From a virus (taxonomy: Duplodnaviria > Caudoviricetes), in IMG/VR virus record IMGVR_UViG_3300045526_000194, positions 1 through 25,115 of that record: DNA of 25,115 bases. One strand, given 5' to 3'. The translations under genes were made by a program, and so were the position numbers. The notes under the pieces were generated by a model. That model saw nothing but the letters and a program-made list of their open reading frames with translations. It was not told where the DNA came from and searched no databases. Numbering within the stretch: position 1 is the stretch's first letter; each line of letters begins with the position of its first letter. Shown one piece after another: positions 16,701 to 23,973 of the stretch.

Positions 16701-19189
16701 GCTGCAATATCTGCTTGAAGTTGTGCCTCCATTTGTGCATTTATTGCCATAATTTCAGCTCGTGCCTGCTCTGCGGTTATTTTTCCTGCTCTAAGTTGTG
16801 CAACAATTGCTGCAGATTGTTGTGCTGCATTATCTGCCACAGATGATGTTAATGGCAAAATGTCATCAAATGTACTTAATAAATCTGCGCTTACCGTACC
16901 GCCTAAAGATATAGTCTTTTTTAAAGCGGCAACTTCAGCTTCTGTTTGCATTGCTAATGTAGAAAGCAGAGCGTGGTATCTTGCTGCCTCGTTTGCAACA
17001 ATACCTGTAGAAACTCCTTTTACTGTAGTAAGTCCTGGAATATTTGGAAGTCTGTCGTGCATGTATATTTGTGGAGTCCTGCCAATTTTTTGATTAACAG
17101 GTAGCGCTCCTGGAACTCCACCTAAAAATGTTGCTGGATTATCAGGATCTCTTGGATTAATATGAGACATGGCTCTAGTGTTTTGTTCTCCAACATATGG
17201 ATCATTAGGATCAACAATTCTTCTTAATGGAGACATTACAGGGCTTCCAGATACAGTTGTTACTGCTGGATTAACTGGAATAGTTCCTTTAGTCATGGCT
17301 GATTGCAAGCTCATGTAATCTGAAATTAATTTAGTTAAGGCACCGTGTAAAACTTCTGCTGCTGCTGCGTCTCCATAAAAAGATTTCTCAACCATTTGTG
17401 CAGCTTTTTCAGTAGCTATAATTTCTGGAGTAAGCATTTTCCATCCAGAAGCTCTTTGGAAAAATGCTCTTAGTTGTACAACACCTTTAGTAATATACCC
17501 AAAAAAGTTAGCAAGCACACCAGTTAGCATGATTATAGGGCCTATTACTGCTGTGAAGCCACCCAAATAAGTTACAGCTTTTTTAATTGGTCCAGGAAGA
17601 TTATTAAAAAAGTCTAAAACTTTTGTAAATGCATTAATAAATTTAGTTGCTACTCCAAGGAACTCTTCACCAACATCAGCTAAGCTGGCTCTTAATCCCT
17701 CTATTGCTCTTCTGTATTTACCAGAAGCTGACTCTGTTACAAGTGTTAATTCTCGACTAGCAATTCCAGCAAGCTGTTCTGCATTTGCTTTCATCAAATC
17801 CATAACTTGCAAAGTTTGCGATCCTGACTTTCCAAGGTTATTAAATAATGCTGACATACGAGCAAATTGGAATTTACCAAACATCTGTTCAAGTGCTCTG
17901 GCTTTGCTTAACGGATCTAATCCTTCTAGTGCTTTTTGTAAATCTAAAATCATACCAGTTGTGTCGCCAGTATTTTTTTGAACTAATCCCATTATGTCAA
18001 TTCCAAAATCTGACATAACTCCTATTGTTTGTTTTGTAGGATTAATCATGGACGCCAATCCTGATTTAAGTGCATTTGCAGCTTCAGATGCACTAACTCC
18101 ACCTTCACGCATTGCTGTCAAATAAAGAGCTAGATCTTTTACGTCTCCACCTAGTTGCTTAACAACAGTACCCGCTTTGGGAATTGCTTCAACTAAATCG
18201 TTTAGGGTAGTTGAAGTTTGGTTTTCTACTGCGTTTAAAAAGTTGATTGATTCTGTCAATTGCTGAGTGTTAGATTTAAATGCTGTTTGTATTGCTAGAG
18301 TTGCTTTCATTGCTTCTTGACGATCTACTTCACCTAAAACTGCTAGCCTTGTTGTTTCTTTTAATGATGATAAAAGCTGATCTCCTTGTTGTCCTGTAGC
18401 TGCTATATCCGCTGCCAACCCAATGGTTTCTTTAAAAGAAACTCCCATGGCAGAAGATAATTCTTTTGCTGTTTGAGTTACATCTTGTCTTATTTTCTGT
18501 AAATCTGCTGAAGCTGTACCAGATATATCTCCATAAACCTTAACTAATCTTGTTAGCTCTTGGTCTGCCTCTCTAAATGCTTTTGCTGCTTGAGATCCAA
18601 ACATTGCCAATGGAACTGTTAATCCTACGGTAAGCTGTCTACCTGCCCATTGAGTATTTTTACCCCAATTAATTAATGATGTAGAACCTTCTAACAATGC
18701 ACGATTCATAATTTGCATTTCCATACGAGCTAACTGTGCACTATTTTTAACCGCATCAAGTCCTCGTGGAATCATTACATTGTATTGCATTAATCCTTGA
18801 GCATTTCTGCCCAGAGGTTGCAAAACGGAGTTTTGTAACATTACTTGCTCTTTAGCGAGCTCTCTTATTAATCCCTTTTGAGTTGTTGCATGAGTTCTAA
18901 ATGTTTGGAAATAATCTTTTAATTTTAATCTACCAGCATCTAACTGTTTTCCAAATTTATCTACATCTGATTGTAAATTTACAAAATGACTAGAGTAATA
19001 TCCACTTCCAGTTAATGTATCTCTAAATAAATTATTTGCTACTTTTGTAGCTGAAGCAATTGATTTATTAGAAGCAAGGAGTTCTCTCTGTAGTTGCTGT
19101 AAACTAGCCGTAGCCCTGTGTACTTCAGACACAAGGCTTGATAAGTCAGCTTTGGCGACTATACTAGTTACAATTTGTTCGTCAGCCAT
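10772..19189 (-). CDS. Tape measure protein (TP901-family core) with internal cargo domains
   Basis: 2805 aa directly after the frameshifted chaperone. N-terminal WAGRQLTVGLTVPL...EAMKATLAIQTAF...NAVENQTSTTLNDL core, Ala/Gly-rich helical segments, hydrophobic stretches near aa 540-570 and 1900-1990, and a coiled coil in the C-terminal part. Confidence 0.95.
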   Translation of the reverse strand: MADEQIVTSIVAKADLSSLVSEVHRATASLQQLQRELLASNKSIASATKVANNLFRDTLTGSGYYSSHFVNLQSDVDKFGKQLDAGRLKLKDYFQTFRTHATTQKGLIRELAKEQVMLQNSVLQPLGRNAQGLMQYNVMIPRGLDAVKNSAQLARMEMQIMNRALLEGSTSLINWGKNTQWAGRQLTVGLTVPLAMFGSQAAKAFREADQELTRLVKVYGDISGTASADLQKIRQDVTQTAKELSSAMGVSFKETIGLAADIAATGQQGDQLLSSLKETTRLAVLGEVDRQEAMKATLAIQTAFKSNTQQLTESINFLNAVENQTSTTLNDLVEAIPKAGTVVKQLGGDVKDLALYLTAMREGGVSASEAANALKSGLASMINPTKQTIGVMSDFGIDIMGLVQKNTGDTTGMILDLQKALEGLDPLSKARALEQMFGKFQFARMSALFNNLGKSGSQTLQVMDLMKANAEQLAGIASRELTLVTESASGKYRRAIEGLRASLADVGEEFLGVATKFINAFTKVLDFFNNLPGPIKKAVTYLGGFTAVIGPIIMLTGVLANFFGYITKGVVQLRAFFQRASGWKMLTPEIIATEKAAQMVEKSFYGDAAAAEVLHGALTKLISDYMSLQSAMTKGTIPVNPAVTTVSGSPVMSPLRRIVDPNDPYVGEQNTRAMSHINPRDPDNPATFLGGVPGALPVNQKIGRTPQIYMHDRLPNIPGLTTVKGVSTGIVANEAARYHALLSTLAMQTEAEVAALKKTISLGGTVSADLLSTFDDILPLTSSVADNAAQQSAAIVAQLRAGKITAEQARAEIMAINAQMEAQLQADIAAYAASRGRTIDFTKAPLMNQPVVDANGQFTLRDLYKKEANRAVMEEFGRLRGVRTFGAPYSIQTTKLPKFELGGPINSSSTHFGNIETFGPGKTTVSGDTSINYDDRLGRVPVGGYVLNQSASMDSNNSFITDPAVVASTYNKGGKVKAYNPGGEITAALTPGEIVYGPKIQEDPVLYAAVHAANNGYNFGGQIMRSTFSYGNDINMMSAYAKHLNSPNFTDVDAANNVAYNATMLTKLTGMDPEEARIIASQHHAEATEYAMERVKKNPGLDFTTEYTRARNVQLIKLARKYPNLIKAYVGSGNIGESKAVKYDPKIKTAAAANFGGEDFRAAFRSNLEASGLGTVTRPNGAQVDLLERAFLLSGSTTSIDKSHFMRAELQAKLFKAPGHLENLLKSGLGGAPLTAEEAAEFRRITGVVANQYAYQGTAVASSVNRVLSKLPGTKDILSPNAKIQKDVLVKGLSALKGGRGRMSWSQIFMELLNPKSKNSVGRMLSSRYSGLLPTLTGQNMLIAKMVANMGGPVPGGSISRNRKNYGLTLLSPEKMLKVLANVKQLSSKNALGSFAGMPVASYSHQIVPSSGKSYPIPGVSGVYKNDNGELVFFKGVPNEISAKAEMYGTRMSREVFGLDSPVQVPRTISNPYDPSGKSKLLGLESKFDPKFSAGGTKFTEDQMIRQTIASLLMGNKDLSKSNVFGNVLADVGPAGVFPRASMNTAYAESMNSMEKQALINLLAVRGGARKDFAYNTSQIAAGMSPRQYGAKMKSAMKKMHPKLKAFIESLPESDRAPYIAMLGRLEDGMKVNWNKYQKVHAAPAFNGGGMIGGGRIVSGRRSYGRPGNPAAREKWEEQQRQKRAIELEAQRSRAASHQIYGQQGLTTGLGREAVRQGTTSFYNPGAYLRSSMIDPFTNKIAMQAQYMQATIKNAGVVLKQGMNALAVQSLASAKYAAASFKASGVALAGGMKSYVTDAINKSRDIKNKIMNYVPSKSDILREQAAVTARAYPGTMMPVSLFGPGVVGDWKQTGQEGVQSRKVGSLGFRRKEYMVGDKIMSAKQMRSAGMQVPVRAGGANQMALMMGSQVAGMGLMGQGQTQLGTAVMTAGMVASFLPFGRMLNAVKKGATGVSTAIRGIATAGLTASKVIAGILRFAKGFGPLGIAISAVAEALNLWKKANDNRQDSAMRMSMTVKGAEQAGIKYFNLAETMKLVKERQDAIAAGAKGAASTGAGMPGLVMSIKEMKKAKEEGKGLKEMIESINRTKNLEETIQLVSNQKAQFVAAGMSAAEANKKIYGALANSEKASSSFRIFSDQTFGSITDKASAAQFAVNNLLGAIKEGNKSDIGNGFESLINTFQEAQNKLIGTKDSMGELIDQYRAFQMTISSMSANNSGMNQAIGTDAYEALLKTQPLLAGISNEADTMAGILAKWQLFTSNVNINLRQIDSGLALKIASFTSAIDSGISAMAKSGGDSNTFGTVGSSLLKLDAIAKSVSRNAQRNAAAAQKNLQEELKLIQKKIKLIEEEKNKKLEALNATQDKENYQLELQKLQIEYQDAIANGDMARAAQAQISMQQLTKDRQADLARKAIEDAAAAKIKPLEADAERKNKKGEDIQNRMAASQDRAADASEAAGKISGFSGRYNELVKTQISNELIADQSERNAAMAATQEQILALIKEIQTAGTGKGYEAEQIRSAFSKYFDKSGKAVPMTTTTSGYVGSRFQTTTSPSNVGAGIIANDIAAAKAQATAITGGTTIEKLRSDLLVALGKNPGVAPSGNNSTGVVVKDAGKRGTVPVSGTTENQKTGQREKITAGLTEISASRIVNGGRLKVGDLLIVGPNGSIRPAISLSDGTIKKSGQMKVENIFSNSEGQRVQLSVYRAQGGRVVPGVPYALNDGGKIEGIKFDMPGTVYPNAMTMPKYNVGGPIEYGKLAYGNPPPSSNALYNINVTLNGTDLSAEDVAQAIHNRMRIREISSGVGRRV
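14255..15088 (-). other. HipA/PI3-4-kinase-like atypical kinase domain embedded in the TMP (aa 1368-1645)
   Basis: Ordered motifs: GVSGVY (Gly-rich loop), VFFK1435, AKAE1446, LLMGNKD1518LSKSN1523, LAD1531VG, followed by a helical C-lobe. Motif recognition only. Confidence 0.6.
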
Positions 19190-19190
19190 T

Positions 19191-19852
19191 TTACTCCCTG
19201 GAGTAACCTAATCCCATTCCGATTCCAAATCCAGCGTCTTGTGCAAAACTTCCTTGGAGTGAAACTACATCTTCTCCACTAGCGTTTATGCCAAGAGCTT
19301 TTCTTTTTATGTCGTCAAAAGATTTACTCTTTTTATTTTCTGCTCCATCATCAAGTTCTATGCCCTTTAATGATGCTGCAAATTTTCTCTGGTCATGCTC
19401 CTTCTTATGCATAGATTCTAGCGTCTGAAGAAGCTCAGGCATTGATAAATTTTCTTCTAACTCTTCGTAATTCTTCCAATGCCCAAGAAGAAATACTTCG
19501 CCTAGTAAAGCGGCTAAGTCTAGTTCTGACCAGCTAGAACCGCTGCCGCTATTAGGTTTGGGTCGTCCATCTTTATTCCACCGCAAACTTCAAGAATTCG
19601 GTTAATAGTTGGAACATCCAAAGCTTCCTCAAGTTTTTCCATATCAGCAACTAGATCTGGCAATTGAGTTTGCAATGCTACTCCGCATGCCTCAACTAAC
19701 ACACCTAGTGTTGCAGTTTCATCTTGAGAATCTTGTACTTTCTTTACAACTTCCATGAACTTACGAAGTTGCTTAATAGATAATGGTTTTAATTTAACTC
19801 TAGCACCATTTTGTAATTCAATTTCTTCTACATCGTATACTGTTGTAGCCAA
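19191..19852 (-). CDS. Tail assembly chaperone, frameshifted long form (gpGT-like, about 220 aa)
   Basis: 99 codons of the G frame up to C CCA AAC, then 121 codons in the -1 frame (PNSGSGSSWSELDLAALLGEVF...GLGYSRE), ending 1 nt before the TMP ATG. Confidence 0.9.
19520..19852 (-). CDS. Tail assembly chaperone, short form (gpG-like)
   Basis: 110 aa, TTG start with strong AAGGAGG SD, between the major tail and TMP genes. Confidence 0.9.
   Translation of the reverse strand: MATTVYDVEEIELQNGARVKLKPLSIKQLRKFMEVVKKVQDSQDETATLGVLVEACGVALQTQLPDLVADMEKLEEALDVPTINRILEVCGGIKMDDPNLIAAAVLAGQN
19556..19562 (-). other. Programmed -1 ribosomal frameshift slippery heptamer C CCA AAC
   Basis: Minus strand GAC CCA AAC CTA is an X XXY YYZ heptamer correctly phased in the G frame, and the -1 frame is open to 19191. 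Confidence 0.9.
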
Positions 19853-19878
19853 TTTATCCTCCTTTAGGATTCTAAATT

Positions 19879-19907
19879 ATTATAGCATAAGCATTATGCA
19901 GATACAA
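19879..19907 (-). promoter_or_regulatory. Sigma70/HrdB-type promoter TTGTAT-17-TATAAT with TG extension, upstream of the chaperone/TMP genes
   Basis: TTGTAT (19907-19902), a 17-nt spacer ending TGC, then TATAAT (19884-19879); intergenic. Confidence 0.75.
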
Positions 19908-19933
19908 TAAATAAGCCCCCATTTCTGGGGGCT
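19906..19933 (-). terminator. Intrinsic terminator after the major tail gene
   Basis: AGCCCCC-AGAAAT-GGGGGCT hairpin followed by TATTTATT on the minus strand, 25 nt after the stop. Confidence 0.8.
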
Positions 19934-19958
19934 ATTTACTAATAATTAATTTTAATTA

Positions 19959-20669
19959 TTATGCTACGAGTACACGGTCAATAATCTTGCCGTATTCTGT
20001 GCCAGATTGATCAGCGTCTGGAAGTAGACGGAATGTTACTGGGAATGTAGTTGGTGTTGTACGAGCAAGTGAGAATTGTGACTGTTGAACAGACAATACT
20101 CGACGTGCGTAATAAATACGCTCTGATAGTGTGCTATCTGCTGTCGGAGCTTGTCCGATTGCAATTAACTGACGCTCTGTTGGCGCTTCGCCAAGAGCTC
20201 CAGCTGCAAGTCCAAGTTCTCTCTTTGCTGTATTTCCAGTTCCAGATGTATTTCCAAGAGTTGAAGCAGCCTGTCCGAAAACAGCTACAACGTTTTCTAA
20301 TGTACCTTCAGACATTTCTGTTGCGATCATAACCTCCATCGCAGACTTGAATAGCTTAGCTGTGTCAAGTAGCTGATCTACGGTTACTGAATCATATGTC
20401 GGATTATAGGTAATTTGAAGACCGTTATTGGTAAAACCAACGTTACGATATCCAAACTTTCCTGCTTCCTGGTTTACACCATTAAGTGTGTCTGTATAAG
20501 ATACTCCTGCTGAAAAAGCTGGTACCGCTACGGTTCCTGCTCCTGCAGCAATTGCTACACCTGGTTCTGCATTTGTTATGTAGTCTGCATCGTTAATATC
20601 AATATTTGATAAGAACAATGGTGACGCACCAACAAGAATATTTTTAGCATTACCTACGGATTGTGCCAT
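19959..20669 (-). CDS. Major tail (tube) protein
   Basis: 236 aa with AGGAGG SD. NILVGA...VGFTNNGLQITYNP...VDQLLD...FPVTFRLLPD is a siphovirus tube pattern. Precedes the chaperone and is followed by a terminator. Confidence 0.9.
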   Translation of the reverse strand: MAQSVGNAKNILVGASPLFLSNIDINDADYITNAEPGVAIAAGAGTVAVPAFSAGVSYTDTLNGVNQEAGKFGYRNVGFTNNGLQITYNPTYDSVTVDQLLDTAKLFKSAMEVMIATEMSEGTLENVVAVFGQAASTLGNTSGTGNTAKRELGLAAGALGEAPTERQLIAIGQAPTADSTLSERIYYARRVLSVQQSQFSLARTTPTTFPVTFRLLPDADQSGTEYGKIIDRVLVA

Positions 20670-20741
20670 GAGTTGTTATCCTCCTATTTCATGAAATTAA
20701 TATATATATATTTGGCTGGCTAGGCCCTTTCCTCTAGTCTA

Positions 20742-20770
20742 ATTTTACGGGATTTAGTCGCCTAAAGCAA
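20742..20770 (-). promoter_or_regulatory. Putative promoter TTGCTT-17-TAAAAT for the major tail gene
   Basis: TTGCTT (20770-20765), 17 nt, TAAAAT (20747-20742) in the 102-nt intergenic gap. Confidence 0.6.
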
Positions 20771-20771
20771 A

Positions 20772-21281
20772 CTAGGCAAACCTGCCGTTATTATCTGTAA
20801 TTCTTGAGTATTGTATCTCAAGTATGACGTCTGTAGCCAGAAACCCTTGTATTTCTTCGGAGGGCTTGGTTGGCGATATGTCTGCTATAAAAATGCTATG
20901 AAACTTAAATTTATTTGATAGACTGCTCCATTTATTAACATCCTTGCCAGATTCATCCATTCTTCTGAATTCATCTGTCATAAAGTTTCTAATTTCAACT
21001 ATATCCAGAATATCTGTTGAATATATGGTAAATAGTATTTGCTCACAGCATATAAGCCAATTGTCTTTATATGACATCCCTATCTTGTCATAGACTATAT
21101 GCTTCTTCCCGCTTAAAAATTGATTCATTTCTGGGGATTGTTGTATTGGAATTATAGGAATTAAAGTTTCGCTAAGATTATCTGCATAGTAATTATTAGG
21201 ATCAAATATTTCTGCAGCAACCAATTTTGACCACAAATATTTTCTTAGCTCAAACATTGCATCTAATTTATAATTACGCAT
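20772..21281 (-). CDS. Tail terminator / tail completion protein
   Basis: 169 aa directly upstream of the major tail gene; size, position and alpha/beta pattern fit gpU/SPP1 gp17-like proteins. Confidence 0.7.
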   Translation of the reverse strand: MRNYKLDAMFELRKYLWSKLVAAEIFDPNNYYADNLSETLIPIIPIQQSPEMNQFLSGKKHIVYDKIGMSYKDNWLICCEQILFTIYSTDILDIVEIRNFMTDEFRRMDESGKDVNKWSSLSNKFKFHSIFIADISPTKPSEEIQGFLATDVILEIQYSRITDNNGRFA

Positions 21282-22065
21282 TTGCTACCCCCGAAAAAGA
21301 AGCCAACAGCGCAGCCTCTGCCTCACTAGCTATGCTATTTGGTGAATATTTATATTTAACAGTTTTAATGCTAACTGGTACAGAAAGAGCTTTAGTCATT
21401 GAAGAATTAAATAATTTTTGAAATCCAGATTTTTTTATTGATAGGTTTACCATCTGGCCTGTAAAAAAATGTTTGTACTCTGAAATAAAAGAATTTTTAA
21501 CAGCAACGCCACCAGGCTTAGAAACTGTAACAGATTGTCCTTTTGGCATATAAACCATATATCCATTTGTCTCAAAGACTAGCCTTTCTGCGTTTCTTGG
21601 AGATATGACAACAGATTTTCCCTCTTCCATAATAGAAGCTTTTTTAATAAATATATGTCTATGGTTTGAATTTACTGATGGTACAAAAGACTTTGAGTCT
21701 AAAAGTTCATAATTTAATTTTAAAGATAGTCCATCTGATGGAAGTTTTTTTAGCTTAAAAAGTCTTGATTCTTTTTCTCCTACTTTACCCCATTCATAAA
21801 CATGATGCAATGATCTTGGAGAAGTCCTTGCTTTTGAGTCAATATAATTTCCAAAATCTTCTTGCACCTGCTCAAATATAACCTTTCTAAAAGCATTTTG
21901 AAAAGCTATGTTTGAAGTAAGTTTGGCCATAACATTAGTTTTATAAAATATAGCAGCTGATATCTGTGCAACAGTGCTATCTTTTATTGCACCAACAACT
22001 GGCTGCCCAGCCATTAAATTAACTAAACCGCTGGCAGCCTGCAAGGCCATAGTCTCAGAAGCCAA
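21274..22065 (-). CDS. Neck / minor virion morphogenesis protein
   Basis: Basic protein between stopper and terminator. The track start (22107) looks too long; TTG at 22065 has GGAG upstream and overlaps the previous gene by only 11 nt. ATG at 22050 is the alternative. Confidence 0.6.
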   Translation of the reverse strand: MASETMALQAASGLVNLMAGQPVVGAIKDSTVAQISAAIFYKTNVMAKLTSNIAFQNAFRKVIFEQVQEDFGNYIDSKARTSPRSLHHVYEWGKVGEKESRLFKLKKLPSDGLSLKLNYELLDSKSFVPSVNSNHRHIFIKKASIMEEGKSVVISPRNAERLVFETNGYMVYMPKGQSVTVSKPGGVAVKNSFISEYKHFFTGQMVNLSIKKSGFQKLFNSSMTKALSVPVSIKTVKYKYSPNSIASEAEAALLASFSGVANA

Positions 22066-22480
22066 TTTGCTGATTCTCCGCTCTAGACAAAGATGCGTTA
22101 TATCCAACTACTGTACCGAATGGATCTGTTATTGGCGTTGAACCCACAACTTCAAATACAGTTTCGGTATTGTTTGGATAATTTAATTCATACCATATCG
22201 GATTTCCATCTATATCTCTAATATTTTTTATTTTTTCTCTTTGAGTTAGTCTTTCTTTTGTTCTAATTTCTATAAACTGTGAATTTTTATATGTGTTTCC
22301 GAAAGACTGTTTATCTAAATTTCTATTTACATTTTCTTGAATAACACCACGAGCATAGCAATCAACAGTTTTATAATACATAAATCTTCTAATCATTGAT
22401 CCAGTATCTGGATCTTGTTCTTCTTCTTGTCTATAAACATCTAGTTTCATAGACATTAATCCATCAATTATATCGAACAC
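22055..22480 (-). CDS. Head-to-tail stopper (head closure protein)
   Basis: 141 aa, GTG start overlapping the adaptor TAG. Beta-rich, ends FEVVG..PITDPFG...YNASLSR; SPP1 gp16-like position. Confidence 0.7.
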   Translation of the reverse strand: MFDIIDGLMSMKLDVYRQEEEQDPDTGSMIRRFMYYKTVDCYARGVIQENVNRNLDKQSFGNTYKNSQFIEIRTKERLTQREKIKNIRDIDGNPIWYELNYPNNTETVFEVVGSTPITDPFGTVVGYNASLSRAENQQIGF

Positions 22481-23463
22481 TATACCACGACCATTTGAGT
22501 TACAACATAATCTAGAAGAAGCTTGTCCGCATATGCAGACCCAGTTCCACTAAAGGCATCTGAGGCAAATTGGAAATTCCAGTCAGTTGTAGATATCTTG
22601 TTTACATACCTATCTTTCCATAAACGATCTTTACTAAAATAAGATCTAATAATTTCAATTGTTGCTTGCTCTACTTCATCTGGAACCGTGTTCCAACCAA
22701 ATCTTGCGTACACGTCGTAGTGTTTTCCTCTTTTAAATATATTTGGAGAAGCGTCATTTATTGATGGAGGAACCATTCCATTTGCAATGTAAACATCCCC
22801 GTCTAACAAGGCAGATTGGTTTACCTTTATTCCAAAACCGCTGGTTGTTGGCTCTATAGAATATCCTAAATAATTTATTTCATTTAAATTATCTATCCAC
22901 AATTGATCATTTTGATGTAATGAGTGGAGTGTATGTATTTTTCTTGGTAAAGGAAGTGTATCTGAATCATTACCCATTATAGTAAATTTATCATCAAACA
23001 AATAGAACTTTTGACCAGTATAATACTCTACCATTTTTCTGGCATATTTTTCTGCCATTCTTATTTCATGATATGTTTTATGATTAGGGTCATTTGCGTC
23101 TGAACCAAGATTTAGATCTTCTATGGCTTCCTGTATAGAAACATACGGAGTTACGACATCAAGGTAGGTTACGTGATAAAAAGTTTGAGAATTATAATTA
23201 TAAACCCACTCTAATTTAAACTTTCTATCTCTACTAGCATGCTGAATCGGTAGGTATACAACATACACTCCGACGTCAACTTCAGACTCTATTGCATTCA
23301 ATGAAACAATTACGTCATTTTTATTTATAAGAGGAGAAACTAATGGATCCTCAGTAATATCATAAAAAGAAACAGTTACCTGCCCAGATGCGGAAATTGC
23401 ATTTCCGTTAACAAATAGTTTGGTGGATATTGGTGTGTTACTGTACTTATATATCTCTGCCAT
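22480..23463 (-). CDS. Head-to-tail adaptor with N-terminal beta-sandwich extension
   Basis: 327 aa. YVSIQE...ARKMVEYYTGQKF...GWNTVPDEVEQAT...LLDY is the gp15/gp6-like adaptor pattern, starting only after about 105 extra beta-rich residues. Confidence 0.75.
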   Translation of the reverse strand: MAEIYKYSNTPISTKLFVNGNAISASGQVTVSFYDITEDPLVSPLINKNDVIVSLNAIESEVDVGVYVVYLPIQHASRDRKFKLEWVYNYNSQTFYHVTYLDVVTPYVSIQEAIEDLNLGSDANDPNHKTYHEIRMAEKYARKMVEYYTGQKFYLFDDKFTIMGNDSDTLPLPRKIHTLHSLHQNDQLWIDNLNEINYLGYSIEPTTSGFGIKVNQSALLDGDVYIANGMVPPSINDASPNIFKRGKHYDVYARFGWNTVPDEVEQATIEIIRSYFSKDRLWKDRYVNKISTTDWNFQFASDAFSGTGSAYADKLLLDYVVTQMVVV

Positions 23464-23472
23464 TAATTAGGC

Positions 23473-23871
23473 TTAGTTGTAGTACTCCTGTACCTCTCTT
23501 GGCGTAGCCAACCTAAACCCTTCCTCCTTATCAAAAATTTCTTGTGCTTCATCTGGCTTCATTGCTACAAATGGGTGCTCTTTAGTAAATGTGAAACCTA
23601 GAGCATCATATCGATAATTAGGCCTATCCATTCTTACCAAAACCATATCCTCGTCAATCTTTTGATTTGGATCAAGTCTCGGAAGTACTTCATCTGCTTC
23701 TTCTTTTGAATCTTCAATTTTTTTAATTGTATCTTGATACACAGACCATGTTACGCCTTCTTCTGCTAGTGCAGCAATAATGTCAGCTTTGTTTTTTAGC
23801 CCATCTGTATCAACAGCGAAATTTTCGGCAATTTCTTTTAATTCTTTGACTTTAAGTGTGTCAAATGACAT
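23473..23871 (-). CDS. Small acidic protein with N-terminal Rho-N/HeH (SAP/LEM-like) motif
   Basis: 132 aa with AAGGAG SD. FDTLKVKELKEIAENFAV...KNKADIIAAL matches the helix-extension-helix consensus. Confidence 0.7.
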   Translation of the reverse strand: MSFDTLKVKELKEIAENFAVDTDGLKNKADIIAALAEEGVTWSVYQDTIKKIEDSKEEADEVLPRLDPNQKIDEDMVLVRMDRPNYRYDALGFTFTKEHPFVAMKPDEAQEIFDKEEGFRLATPREVQEYYN

Positions 23872-23896
23872 ATATACTCCTTTGATATGTATATAA

Positions 23897-23905
23897 ATTA
23901 TAGCA
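23897..23905 (-). promoter_or_regulatory. Extended -10 promoter TGCTATAAT
   Basis: Intergenic, just downstream of the capsid terminator and 25 nt before the next ATG. Same 9-mer as at 19879-19887; the -35 match is poor. Confidence 0.65.
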
Positions 23906-23915
23906 TTAGTAAGTT

Positions 23916-23954
23916 AAAAGGAAAAGCCCCCAAAAATTAATTTAGGGGCTTTTC
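23916..23954 (-). terminator. Intrinsic terminator after the major capsid gene
   Basis: GAAAAGCCCC...GGGGCTTTTC inverted repeat (23921-23954) followed by CTTTT on the minus strand. Confidence 0.85.
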
Positions 23955-23973
23955 AGCAGTTAAATCCTAATAA

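Noticed and set aside
19191-19586. 131-aa ORF as an independent gene starting at TTG 19586
   Set aside because: No SD, and it overlaps the chaperone in the -1 frame across a canonical slippery site, so it is better explained as the GT extension.
20700-20711. (TA)n run as a contingency or phase-variation locus
   Set aside because: Too short, in AT-rich DNA, and outside the promoter spacer and coding sequence.
22066-22107. N-terminal extension MDITHLCLERRISK of the neck protein
   Set aside because: It overlaps the stopper gene by more than 50 nt; a downstream TTG with GGAG is more plausible.
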